From NCBI GenBank assembly GCA_001949185.1, contig BDGG01000008.1, positions 124,001 to 188,000 of the forward strand: a stretch of DNA of 64,000 nucleotides, given 5' to 3'. The position numbers were made by a program, and so were the translations under genes. Source of the DNA: Ramazzottius varieornatus (lineage: Eukaryota; Animalia; Tardigrada). Positions 51,001 to 62,428 of this stretch are shown piece by piece (position 1 is the stretch's first letter; each line of letters starts with the position of its first letter). Under the pieces are notes generated by a model, which worked only from the letters and a program-made list of their open reading frames with translations, had not been told where the DNA came from and did not search any database.

Positions 51001-54000
51001 GACCTTAGTCGGCCAGATCGAAGCCTTTACCGCTTCGGGTGACTACGCTACAGCACCTCACATCATCGATGTGGTGCTGCCTATGCTATGTAGCTACTTA
51101 TCGACGTGGTACTACCGTGGACCCGAAATGGCTCATCCGGACGAGTAGGTTCTGTCCCAACAAAAAGTCAGAGAAATATTTTCAAATATCAATGCTATAA
51201 CATATTTTTTCCATCTGTTCGGTGAAAAGGTAAGGAAATATCTCCTCTAACTTTCTATGTTTTTTGCAGTACCGTAGTGACCAAAGTGACCAGCGACCAC
51301 TTGAACACCATCTTGACCCACGTTCTCACACTGATCTTCAACAACGTCGGCAACCCGAAAGCTTCTTGGATGCAACGCATCGCGGCCATTGCGGGACAGA
51401 TTGTCATCAATTCCAGCCCGGCTCTTCTTGAAGACCGAGTTCTTCCCATCGCCACAAGTCTTCATCAAAAGAGCGAAGCAGCTCATGGGAGCGAAGAAGC
51501 TCTCCGTCTTGGCCAGCGAGCCGGCGATGACCTCTCATCCAAAGAGTCGGAAGTGGGTGAAGAGTACGCCATCCTCGTCAGAGACCTCTACGCCTTCTAC
51601 CCAATCGCCATCCGTTTCGCCGAAATCCACAAGTCCCAGTGGGTTAGAGAAAACAACTCTCAAGCAGAACAAGTATGTCATAGTTTGCGAAATCAATTAG
51701 GAGTTCGGTACACAAACTCAACAAGATCGTTTCTCCGAAAGTGGCGCACGTTTTCAGTGTGACAGGCTGGAAGCGTGCACCACGTCTTGACGAGTGTGTT
51801 TGCCTAGATCCCAATTACAGCTCCATGTTAATGAATTGAACGTTTTGCTGGCAGCTTTACACGGAGATCTCTGAAGTGTTCAACCGCTGGATGCGTTCGC
51901 AGCACTTCAAGAGGGAAGAGCTGAATTTCCTGTCCGGGAATGATGTAGACGTAAACGGGTTGATTAGTGCCGGGTCGCGCGGTATCTGTCGTATTCTGGC
52001 CTCTTCCGGTCCAGCTCAGAACAGTAAGGCTGAGGCAAAGAAGCGGAAGCGACAGAAGAAAGGCAAGAGTGGACCTGATGGCCAACAGCAAAGTCTGATT
52101 GTGATATGCTTGAAGAGAATGTTGCCAGTTGGGTTGAACCTGTTCACTGGTCGAGAGCAGGAGCTGGTTCAGAAGGTGAAGGACCGCATGTTGAAGAACG
52201 AGTCTTCGGACATTACGGAGAATTTCGTCCGTGCTGAGTTGACACTCCCAGATCAGCCGGATATCAACGACAAAAAGGCGTGGCAGAGGTATTTGTACAT
52301 CAAGATCGGCAAGAAGAAGATTGTGACCGGAGATGAGCTGATCGATAACGTGGAAGAATCGTCGTCCGCTATTGTGGAAAGGATCATGGCCATGTCCAAA
52401 GTCCTCCACGGTCTCCATTTGGTAAAATATTATTCTCGATTAACTATCACAAAAACTTAATTTCCCAAATTGTTTCTTGGTTAGGTTGACCATCCGCCAG
52501 CGAACGCCAACGATACTTTGCGGAAGCTTGTCACTACTCAGCGTAAGCGAGCCATCATTGCCTGCTTCCGAATGATATCGCTATACCAACTTCCTCGTCA
52601 CCGTGTCATCAACTTGTTCCTACCTGCTTATCGTGACATTTGGCTCAGTAACGAGAACGTCGGACAAGAGCTTCTAGTAGTGGACCTCACCGAGCCGCCA
52701 CCAGAAGAAGTCTTGCGAGCCACTCAAGCAGCGCTTCCTCCTACTGGCGAACCCGAGGAAGCTCCTCGAACTGACCAGCTGAACCAAGTAGTTACAGCTC
52801 TCAGTCGAGCAGCCACAACTCAACAGCACAACGAGCAGTTCATCCAGCTGTACTTGCAGTATGCTCACATCATGGCCATGAGTTGCGGCGAAGAAGAAGA
52901 GGAAGAAGAAGGAGGCGAAGAAGGTCAGAATGATTAGGGAATCTATCGTGCACCTGCATACCGGCGCATGATGAGAAGCATACGGGCTGTCGTGTGCAGG
53001 TTCCTAACAGCAAGGCACAGATCGCTCTCTTATTTCCGTTTCATATCGAGTCGCTTTTTCCAGGTGGTGAAGGGGGCGACGAGGAAGAAGCTGGTCCGTC
53101 TGCTGACGCCGAAGAAGAAAAGCAAAAGCTACTGGCCGATCAGGATCGTCTGGCGGAACGCGGTGTGGCGGAGATGGCTTTGATGTACTTGAGCGCTTCG
53201 AACGGAGAACCCTCTGAAACCGTATGGGCTACCTTGAAGTTGGGTATCTCGATCCTGCGCGGCGGTAATACCGGTGTGCAGAAGCGTATGGCGGAGTATC
53301 TGAAAGACAAGCGGGACGTCGGGTTCTTCACATCGATCTCACGCCTGATGTACTCTTGTGATGTGCTAAACCTGGATGCCTTTGAGCGAATAGTGAAGGC
53401 AGAAGGACTAGGTAAAAGAAATAAGTCATCAAATTTTAAAATGATGGACATACAGAAATATTTATTTGTCATCGACAGGTGTCAACAGTGACCCGAACCC
53501 AACCGACATCAATAATGAAAACGCCGAAAACACCTGCAAGCTCTTCCGTTTTCTGCAACTGCTGTGCGAAGGGCACAACCTGGAGTTCCAGAACTATCTT
53601 CGAACTCAGTCAGGAAACACCGCTACGGTCAACCTGATCATCTGTACCGTCGACTACCTCCTACGCTTACAAGAGTCTGTCATGGACTTCTACTGGCATT
53701 ACTCTAGCAAAGAGTTTGTCGATGGAGCGGGTATCGGAGAGTTTTGTCGAGCTATCAAGATCGGCTCACAGGTCTTTAACACCCTGACCGAATCCATCCA
53801 AGGACCTTGTCCCGGAAACCAGCTGGCTCTTGCGCAGTCTCGACTGTGGGATGCTGTTGGCGGCTTCCTGTTTCTGTTCGCCAACATGCAGGATAAGCTG
53901 TCGAAAGCCAAAGAACCGTCTCAGTTGGACTTGCTTCAGGAGTTCTTGAACTTGCAGAATGAGATGATGACCATGTTGATTTCCATGCTGGAAGGCAACA

Positions 54001-57000
54001 CGTTGAATGGACCCATCGGCAAGCAGATGGTGGACTCTCTGGCTGAGTCAAGCCATAACTTGGAAATGATCATCAAGTTCTTCGATATCTTCCTAAAGCT
54101 CGATGAGTTCGTCAACTCACCGGCCTTCCAAGAGTTCGATCCTAATAAGGATGGGTGGATCACCCTACAGAATCTGAAACGGGCGATGGAGACCCAGAAA
54201 ATTTACAGCCCGGAACAGGTAACGCTCTTTCACTTCGACTGGGCCTTTTGTCGGGTTTTCATCCGATAACCGATTATCCGTTCATTTGGTGTTTTAGGTC
54301 GGATTTTTGATGTCCTGTATTCCACCTCTGGACGACAAAGTCGACTACATCTCCTTCACCGAGCGCTACCACAATCCCGCCAAAGATATTGGTTTCAACT
54401 TGTCTCTCCTACTAACCAACCTGAACGAGCACATCACCAACGATCCCCGTTTAGACCGGCTCATGGACTGTGCATCCAGTATGCAAGAGTACTTCAAGAA
54501 CGCCCTGGGTCGTATCGAGATCATCGGTAGCGCTCGACGTGTCGAGCGAGTCTACTTCGAGATCCCGGAAGCTAGTCGTAAACAGTGGGAGCAGAAACAG
54601 ATCAAGGAATCAAAACATGCTTTCCTCCACGCTGTCGTGAACGAAGGTGGAGAGAAGCAGAAGATGGAGGCCTTTGTTGATTTCTGCGAGGACGCCATCT
54701 TTGAGATGCAGCATGCGGCTAGTATATCAGTCAAAGAGCCACCGAGGATGATCAGGGCCAAGACTCTGACTGCAGATCTGCTAGAGACCGAAAGTACGTG
54801 GGAGTCGGTCAAGAAAGGCTTGGTCAAGATCAAGTCCGGTGTGGGGAGCGTAGTCGGGTTCGTGACACCGAGTAACGTGAAGCGGAAGTACGCAAGACTG
54901 AAACGCATGACGTATCCTCAAATGGGTCTCGGGTTCTTGAAGACTCTCTGGCTCATGATCTACTACTTCTTGTGGTTCCAAGGGTTTTTGCTGAAGTAAG
55001 AACTGAAATTGCATACGTTCTGGGCATGAGTGATTAAACAACCGATGAGCTGTTCATGTATCTGCATACACTCGTTCAAGTACAATACCATACATGCGTG
55101 AATGCAGGTACATGCAACACTCTCTTTCACCTACCTACATACATAAAAGTCTTGTACGATGCCTGAAGCTGTGTGTTCAGAGACATGAAAGACGGTTTTC
55201 TTTGTCCGTCAACATCTTTTACCAGGAAACCTACAGACTCTTTGACTTGGAGGTCTAGTCCAAGCCAACACGGAGACAACATGAATGATATGAAAATTGG
55301 GTTTGCAGGTTCACCGGGAAGTTCTTGCTGTACGCTATGACGGGGTACACGTTCGAGTCTGACAATGAAGCCAAGGCGGAAGCAAAGAACGCTGCAGCAC
55401 TTACGGCCAAACCGCCGGACCCGCGTACCATCTACGGACTGGAGAACGATGTCAAAGCGGTAGAGGTCGGTGGTGCCGGCGTTGTATCTGCGTTTGGTGT
55501 CGAGATGCCCGGTATCGAAGCGCAGGAACGCAAGAAATCTCTCCACGAAGAGATGGACATGCGGTCGACGTTAGAGATGGCTATCTCTCCGGTGTCCTCC
55601 TCGTCTGATGCTTCTGCGGGGGCTGCGGATGAGAAGCCGGTGCCTGCACGGTCAGAGCCGATTATGGTGATCAAAGAGGAACCCGGCGAAGGCATCCCAC
55701 AAAATGTCAGCTTGGCGAGCTTGCCGAATGTTGGCACGAAGTTCCCTCTGGCTGTCGACGTTGATTATCCGAACGTCGTCGAAGGTACACTATTACGACT
55801 AAATTCATTGGTCTATAAACGAAGAAGCTTGACAGTAACAAAACAGACAGGAAACATGTGGATATATCAAATGACTACAGTATCAAGAGCTGCAGGCATG
55901 AAGTACGAATTTCATGCACCTGCATACATTGTGGCGTTTATATATCATGGTACTCGGGTACTTACGTCGACGCTAATGGATCCTTTCGTTTGTCGGTTTT
56001 CCCTAATATTATCAAATTGATTGCAACCTCAAGACATTCTGATTCAGATTGTGATTTACTAACGTGTTTTCGTTCTTTTAGAGATAGGAGGAGAACGCGA
56101 AACCGTCGATGGGAAGAAAGAAAAGTCTAAATCGTCGGGATGGATGTCGTGGTATACAGCCCTGCTGAACGGAGCAGCCCGCCATTTCTACACGCTCAAA
56201 ACGGCCGGGTTGATCTTGGCCGTGGGTATCAACATCATTCTCAGTTTCTACCAGGTTACATCAGGAGCAGCTGATCCGCTGACTTTTGGAGATGCTGGCG
56301 AGCTGGACGCGGACGATGTAGCGAATGTCCACACCGAAGCAGAGAACGTTGGGAACGACGAGGAAGTGAACGAAGTGGTGGCGCTGCGGACGGTGCAGTC
56401 GTTCCACTACCTGGAAATGATCATTAGGTCCCTGGCTATCATCCACACCATCATCGCTCTGGTCCGGGTCGTGGCGTACTATCATCTGAAGGTACATATG
56501 CAACTATAAAACGGAAACAACGTTGGACGATTTTAAAATATATATTTTTATAGGTCCCGCTGGATATTTTCAAGCAGGAGAAGAACGTTGCCCGCCAGAT
56601 GGAGTTCGAAGGTCTCTACATTGAAACCATGCCCGAACCATCACAGTTCCGGCTGTACTGGTCGCAGATTGTGATTAGCACGAAGTTAGTTGGGTCTTCC
56701 TTGTTCAGGGAAAGAGAACGAATCTTTAGATGAAGTAAGTCGGCCGGAAGTACTGAGGTTTCTGATGCGTGTTTTGTGTTAGGGTGTTTCCGGTTTATTA
56801 CTGGGACAAGTTCGTCAAGAAGAAAGTTATAGAAAAATTCAAGGAGACACAGGATATCAGTACACTGAAGCGCTTACTCGGCGAGGAAGACGGTCCACCT
56901 GTCCCAGCACCAGTCGCCAAGTGGTACAACTTCTGGTGGGTCTTGCCGAAACAGTGGCTTGGTTCGCTCGAGTTGCGCTACACCGCGTGGAAAGTTGGCA

Positions 57001-58186
57001 TCATCGTCACGAATATGGTACACGATCCACTCTTGATCCTCAAACTGACTAGTGAAGTCTGAGATATTGGGTTTCTTGCAGGCTTTCATGTACAATGTGT
57101 TCTACCTGATCTTCTCGGCCCTGGGTCATCTCAACTTTTTCTTCTTCGCGGTGCATCTTGTGGATATTGTGACGAGCTCGAAGGCCTTGACGACGATCTT
57201 GCAGTCGGTCACCCACAACGGCAAGCAGCTTTGCTTGACGGTCATGATGTTGTGCATCCTGGTATGGCTCTATGCCGTGGTGGCCTTCAACTTCTTCCGA
57301 AAGTTCTATGTGGAGGAGGGAGAAGACGGCGAAGAACCAAACTACAAGTGCCACAATATGTTCACCGTATGTATACGACAGATTTTCTTGATCTATACAT
57401 AAATGCGGATGCCAGCAATTTTGCCGTGTGCTTTGTAGTGCTTCATCTTCCACTTGTACAGCGGAGTCAGAAATGGCGGCGGTATTGGTGACGCAATCGA
57501 GCCACCTGACGGAGATGAAAACGAATACTGGCGCATTGCTTTCGACATCACCTTCTTCTTCTTTATTGTCGTGATCCTGCTGGCTATTGTGCAAGGTACT
57601 GCCGCCTTTCTCTACAAAACTGCAGTTTATCATAGTGAGTCAATCCGCGCTCACGACTTTGCTCGTTGCTCATTTCACAGGTTTGATCATTGACGCCTTC
57701 GGAGACTTGCGTGAACAGTTGGAATCTGTCAGTGAAAAGATGGAAAGCGAATGCTTTATCTGTGGTATCGAGGCTAGCTTCTTCGACAAGATACCTCACG
57801 GGTTCGAAAAACATACCCTGGAAGAACACAATTTGGCGAATTATCTGTAAGCTGCTGCCCTCTACAGGAACTCCTCACGGTGTTACTAAGTATTTTGACT
57901 GCTAGGTTCTTCTTGATGCACTTGATCAACAAGGACGAAACGGAGTATACTGGTCAAGAAACGTAAGTAAACTCACTCTGACCTCCACTGCGGGGAGCAA
58001 GGCTAATTGACGGTTTATATCGCAGGTATGTGTGGACGATGTACCAGAAACGTAAGTGATCTCACTCTGGCCCTAAACGCACAGAACATGCGCTAGCACA
58101 GCTTTCTGGTCACAGGTATCTGGGAGTTCTTCCCTGTCGGAAACTCATTTGGAAAGCAATACGAAGCCGAACTGGAAGCTGCCTAA
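33016..58186 (+). CDS. RyR: Ryanodine receptor (ER/SR Ca2+ release channel), complete multi-exon gene
   Basis: N-terminus [11 protein letters not shown]; MIR, RIH, SPRY1-3 and RyR repeats ([18 protein letters not shown]); [10 protein letters not shown]-hand region, [23 protein letters not shown], pore [11 protein letters not shown]6 [12 protein letters not shown], Zn finger CFICG..HTLEEHN; ends [10 protein letters not shown] with TAA at 58184-58186. Confidence 0.98.
34937..34982. repeat. Palindrome family B copy (RyR intron)
   Basis: ACCTGCATAC-N26-GTATGAAGGT. Confidence 0.7.
36678..36724. repeat. Palindrome family A copy (RyR intron)
   Basis: Perfect AAGTGGCGCAC (36678-36688)-N25-GTGCGCCACTT (36714-36724). 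Confidence 0.85.
39523..39606. repeat. Palindrome family A copy (RyR intron)
   Basis: GTACAAGAT..AAGCAGCGCAT-N25-GTGCGCCACTT..ATCTTGTAC. Confidence 0.75.
43452..46012 (-). CDS. Orphan 624-aa Ser/Pro-rich protein with PAM2-like motif, nested antisense in RyR intron 43282-46780
   Basis: Six exons 46012-45504, 45433-45120, 45042-44899, 44653-44366, 44287-44177 and 43960-43452, all GT-AG with matching phases, give a 1875-nt uninterrupted CDS; contains [13 protein letters not shown]. Confidence 0.75.
44739..44816. repeat. Palindrome family A copy (intron of the nested orphan gene)
   Basis: CCAAGTCGCGCAC...GTCCACTTGGAAAAACGATCTTGT. Confidence 0.7.
49170..49221. repeat. Palindrome family B copy (RyR intron)
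   Basis: CACCTGCATAC-N30-GTATGCAGGTG, perfect arms. Confidence 0.85.
51721..51783. repeat. Palindrome family A copy (RyR intron)
   Basis: ACAAGATCG..AAGTGGCGCAC-N25-GTGCACCAC. Confidence 0.75.
52952..53001. repeat. Palindrome family B copy (RyR intron)
   Basis: ACCTGCATAC-N30-GTGTGCAGGT. Confidence 0.75.
55055..55114. repeat. Palindrome family B copy (RyR intron)
   Basis: CATGTATCTGCATAC-N30-GAATGCAGGTACATG. Confidence 0.7.
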
Positions 58187-58401
58187 CTGGAAGAGGAGCA
58201 TGCTTTTGCCAAAAACAGGGTCCTGCTTCGAAACCTCAGAGTTTTGAACCATCTTTCAGCTGCTGCATGGAAGTCATGTGTGATGCATAAATACCGCAAA
58301 TTCTCATTTTACCCAATGACACAATAAAACTAAAAAGCACATACCGACGATCGACATTAGAAGTTGCGGTTGTATAATGCACTGCTGACTCAAGTTGAAA
58401 G

Positions 58402-60679
58402 TCAAGCCGATGAGATGTAGTTCCAGTTATGGGCGAACTTTTCAGCTGCCTGCTTCTTCTGTTGTTCGTCCATCTCGTTTGAGATGCGCTTGACAGTCGA
58501 CTTGTTTAGTATCTTCTTGGCTAATCGACTGCGAGGTGTGTCCAGTATCTTGTCTACGTCCGACAAGTTGGTTTTCTTCTTCTTTCTTTTCGGTTCCACC
58601 TTGAGATCCAGCCCCGTTTCCGCTTGTATATCTTTCAGCAGTTCCGGGTCTTGCCAGTCGGGAATCTTATCCTGAACCGCCTTGTCTTTTTCGCGTTCCT
58701 CTCTTAGGCGATCCTCTTCCCTTTCCGGCTCACCTGATCACGAAAAAGTCTCGCACAATAATATTCGACACTGGCAATAAAAAACTAATGTAGTAGAGCC
58801 ACCGAAACGCAGTAAATGATGCCCGTTTGAGAGTTACACAGACTACACTGCTAACATCTGATCATACTGGGCAACGATGACTCATCACGTGGTTGAGTGC
58901 GCGTTATTTCAAGGGCACTACAATGCCCAGTTACTTTACCTAATTCGTTCCGAGGTATAATCTTCCCGTGGAAGGGACACTTGGCCCGATCTTGTCGCGA
59001 ACACAAGAGTCCGTTCGGTAAGGGTGCTCTACAAGACCATTTGACAGGTTCGAACGTCCCCACAAACGGAATCAGCCTCGTCGTCATCGCCGCATTCACT
59101 TCCTGGTTCGTGAAGCCCTCTGCTACTTCCGGTGGACGCCAGAAGCGATGTAGCGATTCGTAGGGTGTCCGGAACATCGAGGAAGTAAGAGACTTTTCTT
59201 TGCCCCAGTCTTCGAGATCCAGACCGAAAGGCACAACCGGCGCCGCAGCCAGAGCTTCCTGTCGAGCCGACGTTCCTACCGTCGGAACGCTCTTTGAGCA
59301 ACAAGGTTGGTCCTCGTCAGATCTGACTGCAACCTGACTCAGACTCTGCAACCAGTATATAAAATCATCAATCTCACTGCTTCGAGAAAAAAGAAAACTA
59401 TAATACATACAGGTTTAGCGTTCGATATTGCGGGTTGGAAATTCGCCTGGGCCTGATACTCTGTCGAGCCAATTTCTGAGACGTCCACGAACTCATCGTC
59501 CGACGAGTCTTCCTCTTTCTCGTCCTTCGCGACGCGTTTCTTTGATGGAGAACTTCCACTGGACGCAGATTCTGTAACACTAATTCCTAGAGCGACAGCC
59601 TTCTGGAGAGCGTTTTCAAGACGCTGTTTCGTGTCGATTACAGTCTTCAAACTGGTGACATCAGCCCCACTTTTCGACAACAGTGTTAGCCAGCGAGTTA
59701 ACACGGGACGGAATTTGCTGTTGAGCAGACGAGTGTTTTCCTTGATCTTGTCGATTAACGGCTCATTCTCGGAGTTGCTCTGGAGTTTCAATGAACTCGG
59801 CTGTAGCTGGATCTGGACTGTGTACGACATTGATGGAAGCCCATGATGTCTCAAATTCGGTGTGTCGGTGTCGACTTCGCGACTCACCTACGACACAAAC
59901 AAGAATTAAAGACTACCAACGGGACGAGGCAAATCGCACAACTCGGTCGCCCCACACTTCGCAAGCGTGACTGAAGGGTGGTCGACTTACATGTGCTGTC
60001 CACTACGAGCAGTGATTCTTACCGTTCGTCTCTCTTCCGCGTCGGTTGGCTCGAATTCCGGGACGATTATTCCGAACAGTGTTTCCACTTCTGTGAGAAG
60101 AATGTCCAGCTCATTTCCAGATTCCTCCATCTCAGCATTGACCTTGTCGATGCGAGTTCTGTCAGCGTTCTTCCTCACCACGTCGTTGCGCACATCAGGA
60201 CGGAAGAGATCAGAAGCTGATTCTTCCCTCAGTACGACCTTCTTGGTATCCCGAAGAAATTCGAATGCCAGACGTAACTTCTTGTAAGTGCTCCCATACT
60301 TGTCATACCACATTTTCAGCGTAGAAACAGATAACTCTTTCATCTTCAAGGCAGCTGGTTTAGGCAGCGGAAGTGGCTTGGTCTTGTCGATCTCGGTCAC
60401 TAGAACGCAAAACTCGTGGATGTCGTCGATCAGCAACTCTCGGAAGGTATGTGAACGATCGAATAGTTCTTTCATCAACAGGAAGGTGCTGAAGCGGACT
60501 TCGGAATGGTCATTCTCCAGATGTTGTCGAAGAAGACGGAAGGCTTCTTGGACATTATCCTCCGACGCTCTGCATACCTGCTTGATCTCCTTGACGTTCC
60601 TCTCGCTGAGACGTGGCTGTCCCGATGTCACTTCCACCTCTATCAACCTGGAAAGCATTTCTCCTGGAGTCAAGGCCAT
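58402..60679 (-). CDS. UVSSA: UV-stimulated scaffold protein A
   Basis: VHS-like N-terminus (TSGQPRL..KEIKQVCRAS, HSEVRFST..ELFDRSHTFRELL, PLPLPK), acidic SSDDEFVDV, PFGLDLEDW, HRFW, Zn finger CRAPLPNGLLCSRQDRAKCPFHGKIIPRN, C-terminal EKFAHNWNY. Confidence 0.93.
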
Positions 60680-61350
60680 GGCGCTTGCGGGAGGATCAAT
60701 GCTGAAGACTGAAGAGTGGAGAGTTATATTAGGCTGCTTGCGATTTCTCAGGGGGCTCCGCACAGAAAACCAAATCGCACAGAAATGGAAATAGAAAATC
60801 GAATCGACCCGCCCTCGAAGCCAATCAGGCGCGACTTCTTTCTATTTCGATGCGATTTCGAATTTTCGTGCACTTCCGCTCCCATCAAATTTCCGGAATT
60901 TTGATGGGACCCCAAAATCGGTCTCGATTGGGGTCTTCGCCTCGCACTCTGTTTTACGCTGAATCAGCTGATTGCTCGTACCGGCCGGAACTCATCACCG
61001 TAGGTCCTCCCTTGGCGACTTCTAGGTCCTAAATCCCGGTTCGCAAGCTGTTTTTTCGACTTACACGGAAATTGATATTCGGAATTTTGTTTTGCTGTTT
61101 CTGTCATTCTGTGTGATCTACTTCCTGTGCGTTTCAAGCAATCAAGAAATCGCAATCACCTATTGTAACACTGTACCAAGAGGAAAGCAAATCAATAAAT
61201 CAGTTTTTTGGGAATATTTTTGCGCACGGGGAAAATGACTGGCTTTGGGGTCATCTCACTGATGATCTCACAAGGGGATTATGTCTGTCCCGACTTGCGG
61301 ATAGTCAAACCGACCCGGCTGAACGATAAAAAAGAGTCCCTTCTATAATC

Positions 61351-61721
61351 TGAGCTAGGTAGCTAAATCTCCCGACGATCCTGGAATGAAATACAGCACT
61401 CGGCAATGAAGGTCCATTGACCACTCCAGTATGCAGCGATGACGTAAAGCTCTTTGATTGCGGGTGTTGATTGGAGACATTGAAAACAAGCCGCTCACCT
61501 GATCAACAGAATGCCCGAACAGCGTGACAACACTAGCTGAAGATGCCCGCTAGCACACCATCCAGTCCGAATCTGGCGGAACAGCTGATCGACTGAATTG
61601 TTCAATCTGTTCAATCAAACTCCCAATCAAAGAGCTTACGTCACTGCTGTAGTTGAGGTTCGTCCCTTCTGCGTTCTGTAGTTTATTCCAGGATCGTCGG
61701 GGGATTTAGCTCCCTAGCTCA
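61351..61721. mobile_element. ~370-bp foldback/MITE-like element
   Basis: ~46-bp imperfect terminal inverted repeats TGAGCTAGG(T/G)AGCTAAATC(T/C)CCCGACGATCCTGGAAT(G/A)AA plus an internal inverted pair TGACGTAAAGCTCTTTGATTG / CAATCAAAGAGCTTACGTCA; no clear target-site duplication. Confidence 0.75.
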
Positions 61722-62428
61722 TAACAAAGAAGAGACTCTTCTCCATCGTTTGGATAGAACGGTTTGACTATCGGGAAGTGGGGACAGGCATAATCCCCTC
61801 GTCAGAAGTCCGCGCCGCCTGTTCTGTTCGGCAAAATTCTTCTGTTTCTCCAGATCGAGATTTATGGAATTGAATGCCGTCTGAACGAAGGTACCAATAT
61901 CATTGTGCGCTAAATTGGTCTCTGAGAGGTAGTTATCGACGTAGGTATCATGGGTCTGAATCAAGCCGTGACCGCAGCGAGGGTGCGAAAGCGATCGGGG
62001 CTCGTGGATTATCTATAAATCGTGGATCGCTACGTCTATGTGGACAGATAACGTCGTTGTGTACGGTATAGGCACAGTCTCTGTCTTGAATATCTTGAAT
62101 ATCTCAGGTGGCACCAGAGCCCTGGTGGCACTTTGCACATTCTACAAACTGTTTGCCGGTTTTGCGAAGGTGATGCACTGATGATCACACTTACTGCAGG
62201 CCCTCGGATTCTCAGACCAGGCGTTCGTGTTGCGACCTTCCCTCCGAAGATATCGTACGACCCCAGGAAGACATCCGGAAGTATGTATCCGTCTTCGTTT
62301 TTATTGACTCCGCCTCACAAGCCATGAAGTTATGACTGTCATGTCACCTTGTCGAGTCTTTTGAAAAACAGCTGATCGTAGACGCAAAATCCCTCACCAG
62401 TGTTCCTAGCCAAAGCCGCAAGTTTAAC

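Noticed and set aside
950-55927. CRISPR-like or integron attC-like reading of the palindromic repeats
   Set aside because: Copies are dispersed in introns of eukaryotic genes, not arrayed, and there are no cas or integrase genes.
35097-57829. Many antisense and alternate-frame ORFs overlapping RyR exons
   Set aside because: Shadow ORFs of real coding sequence with no independent splice structure or motifs.
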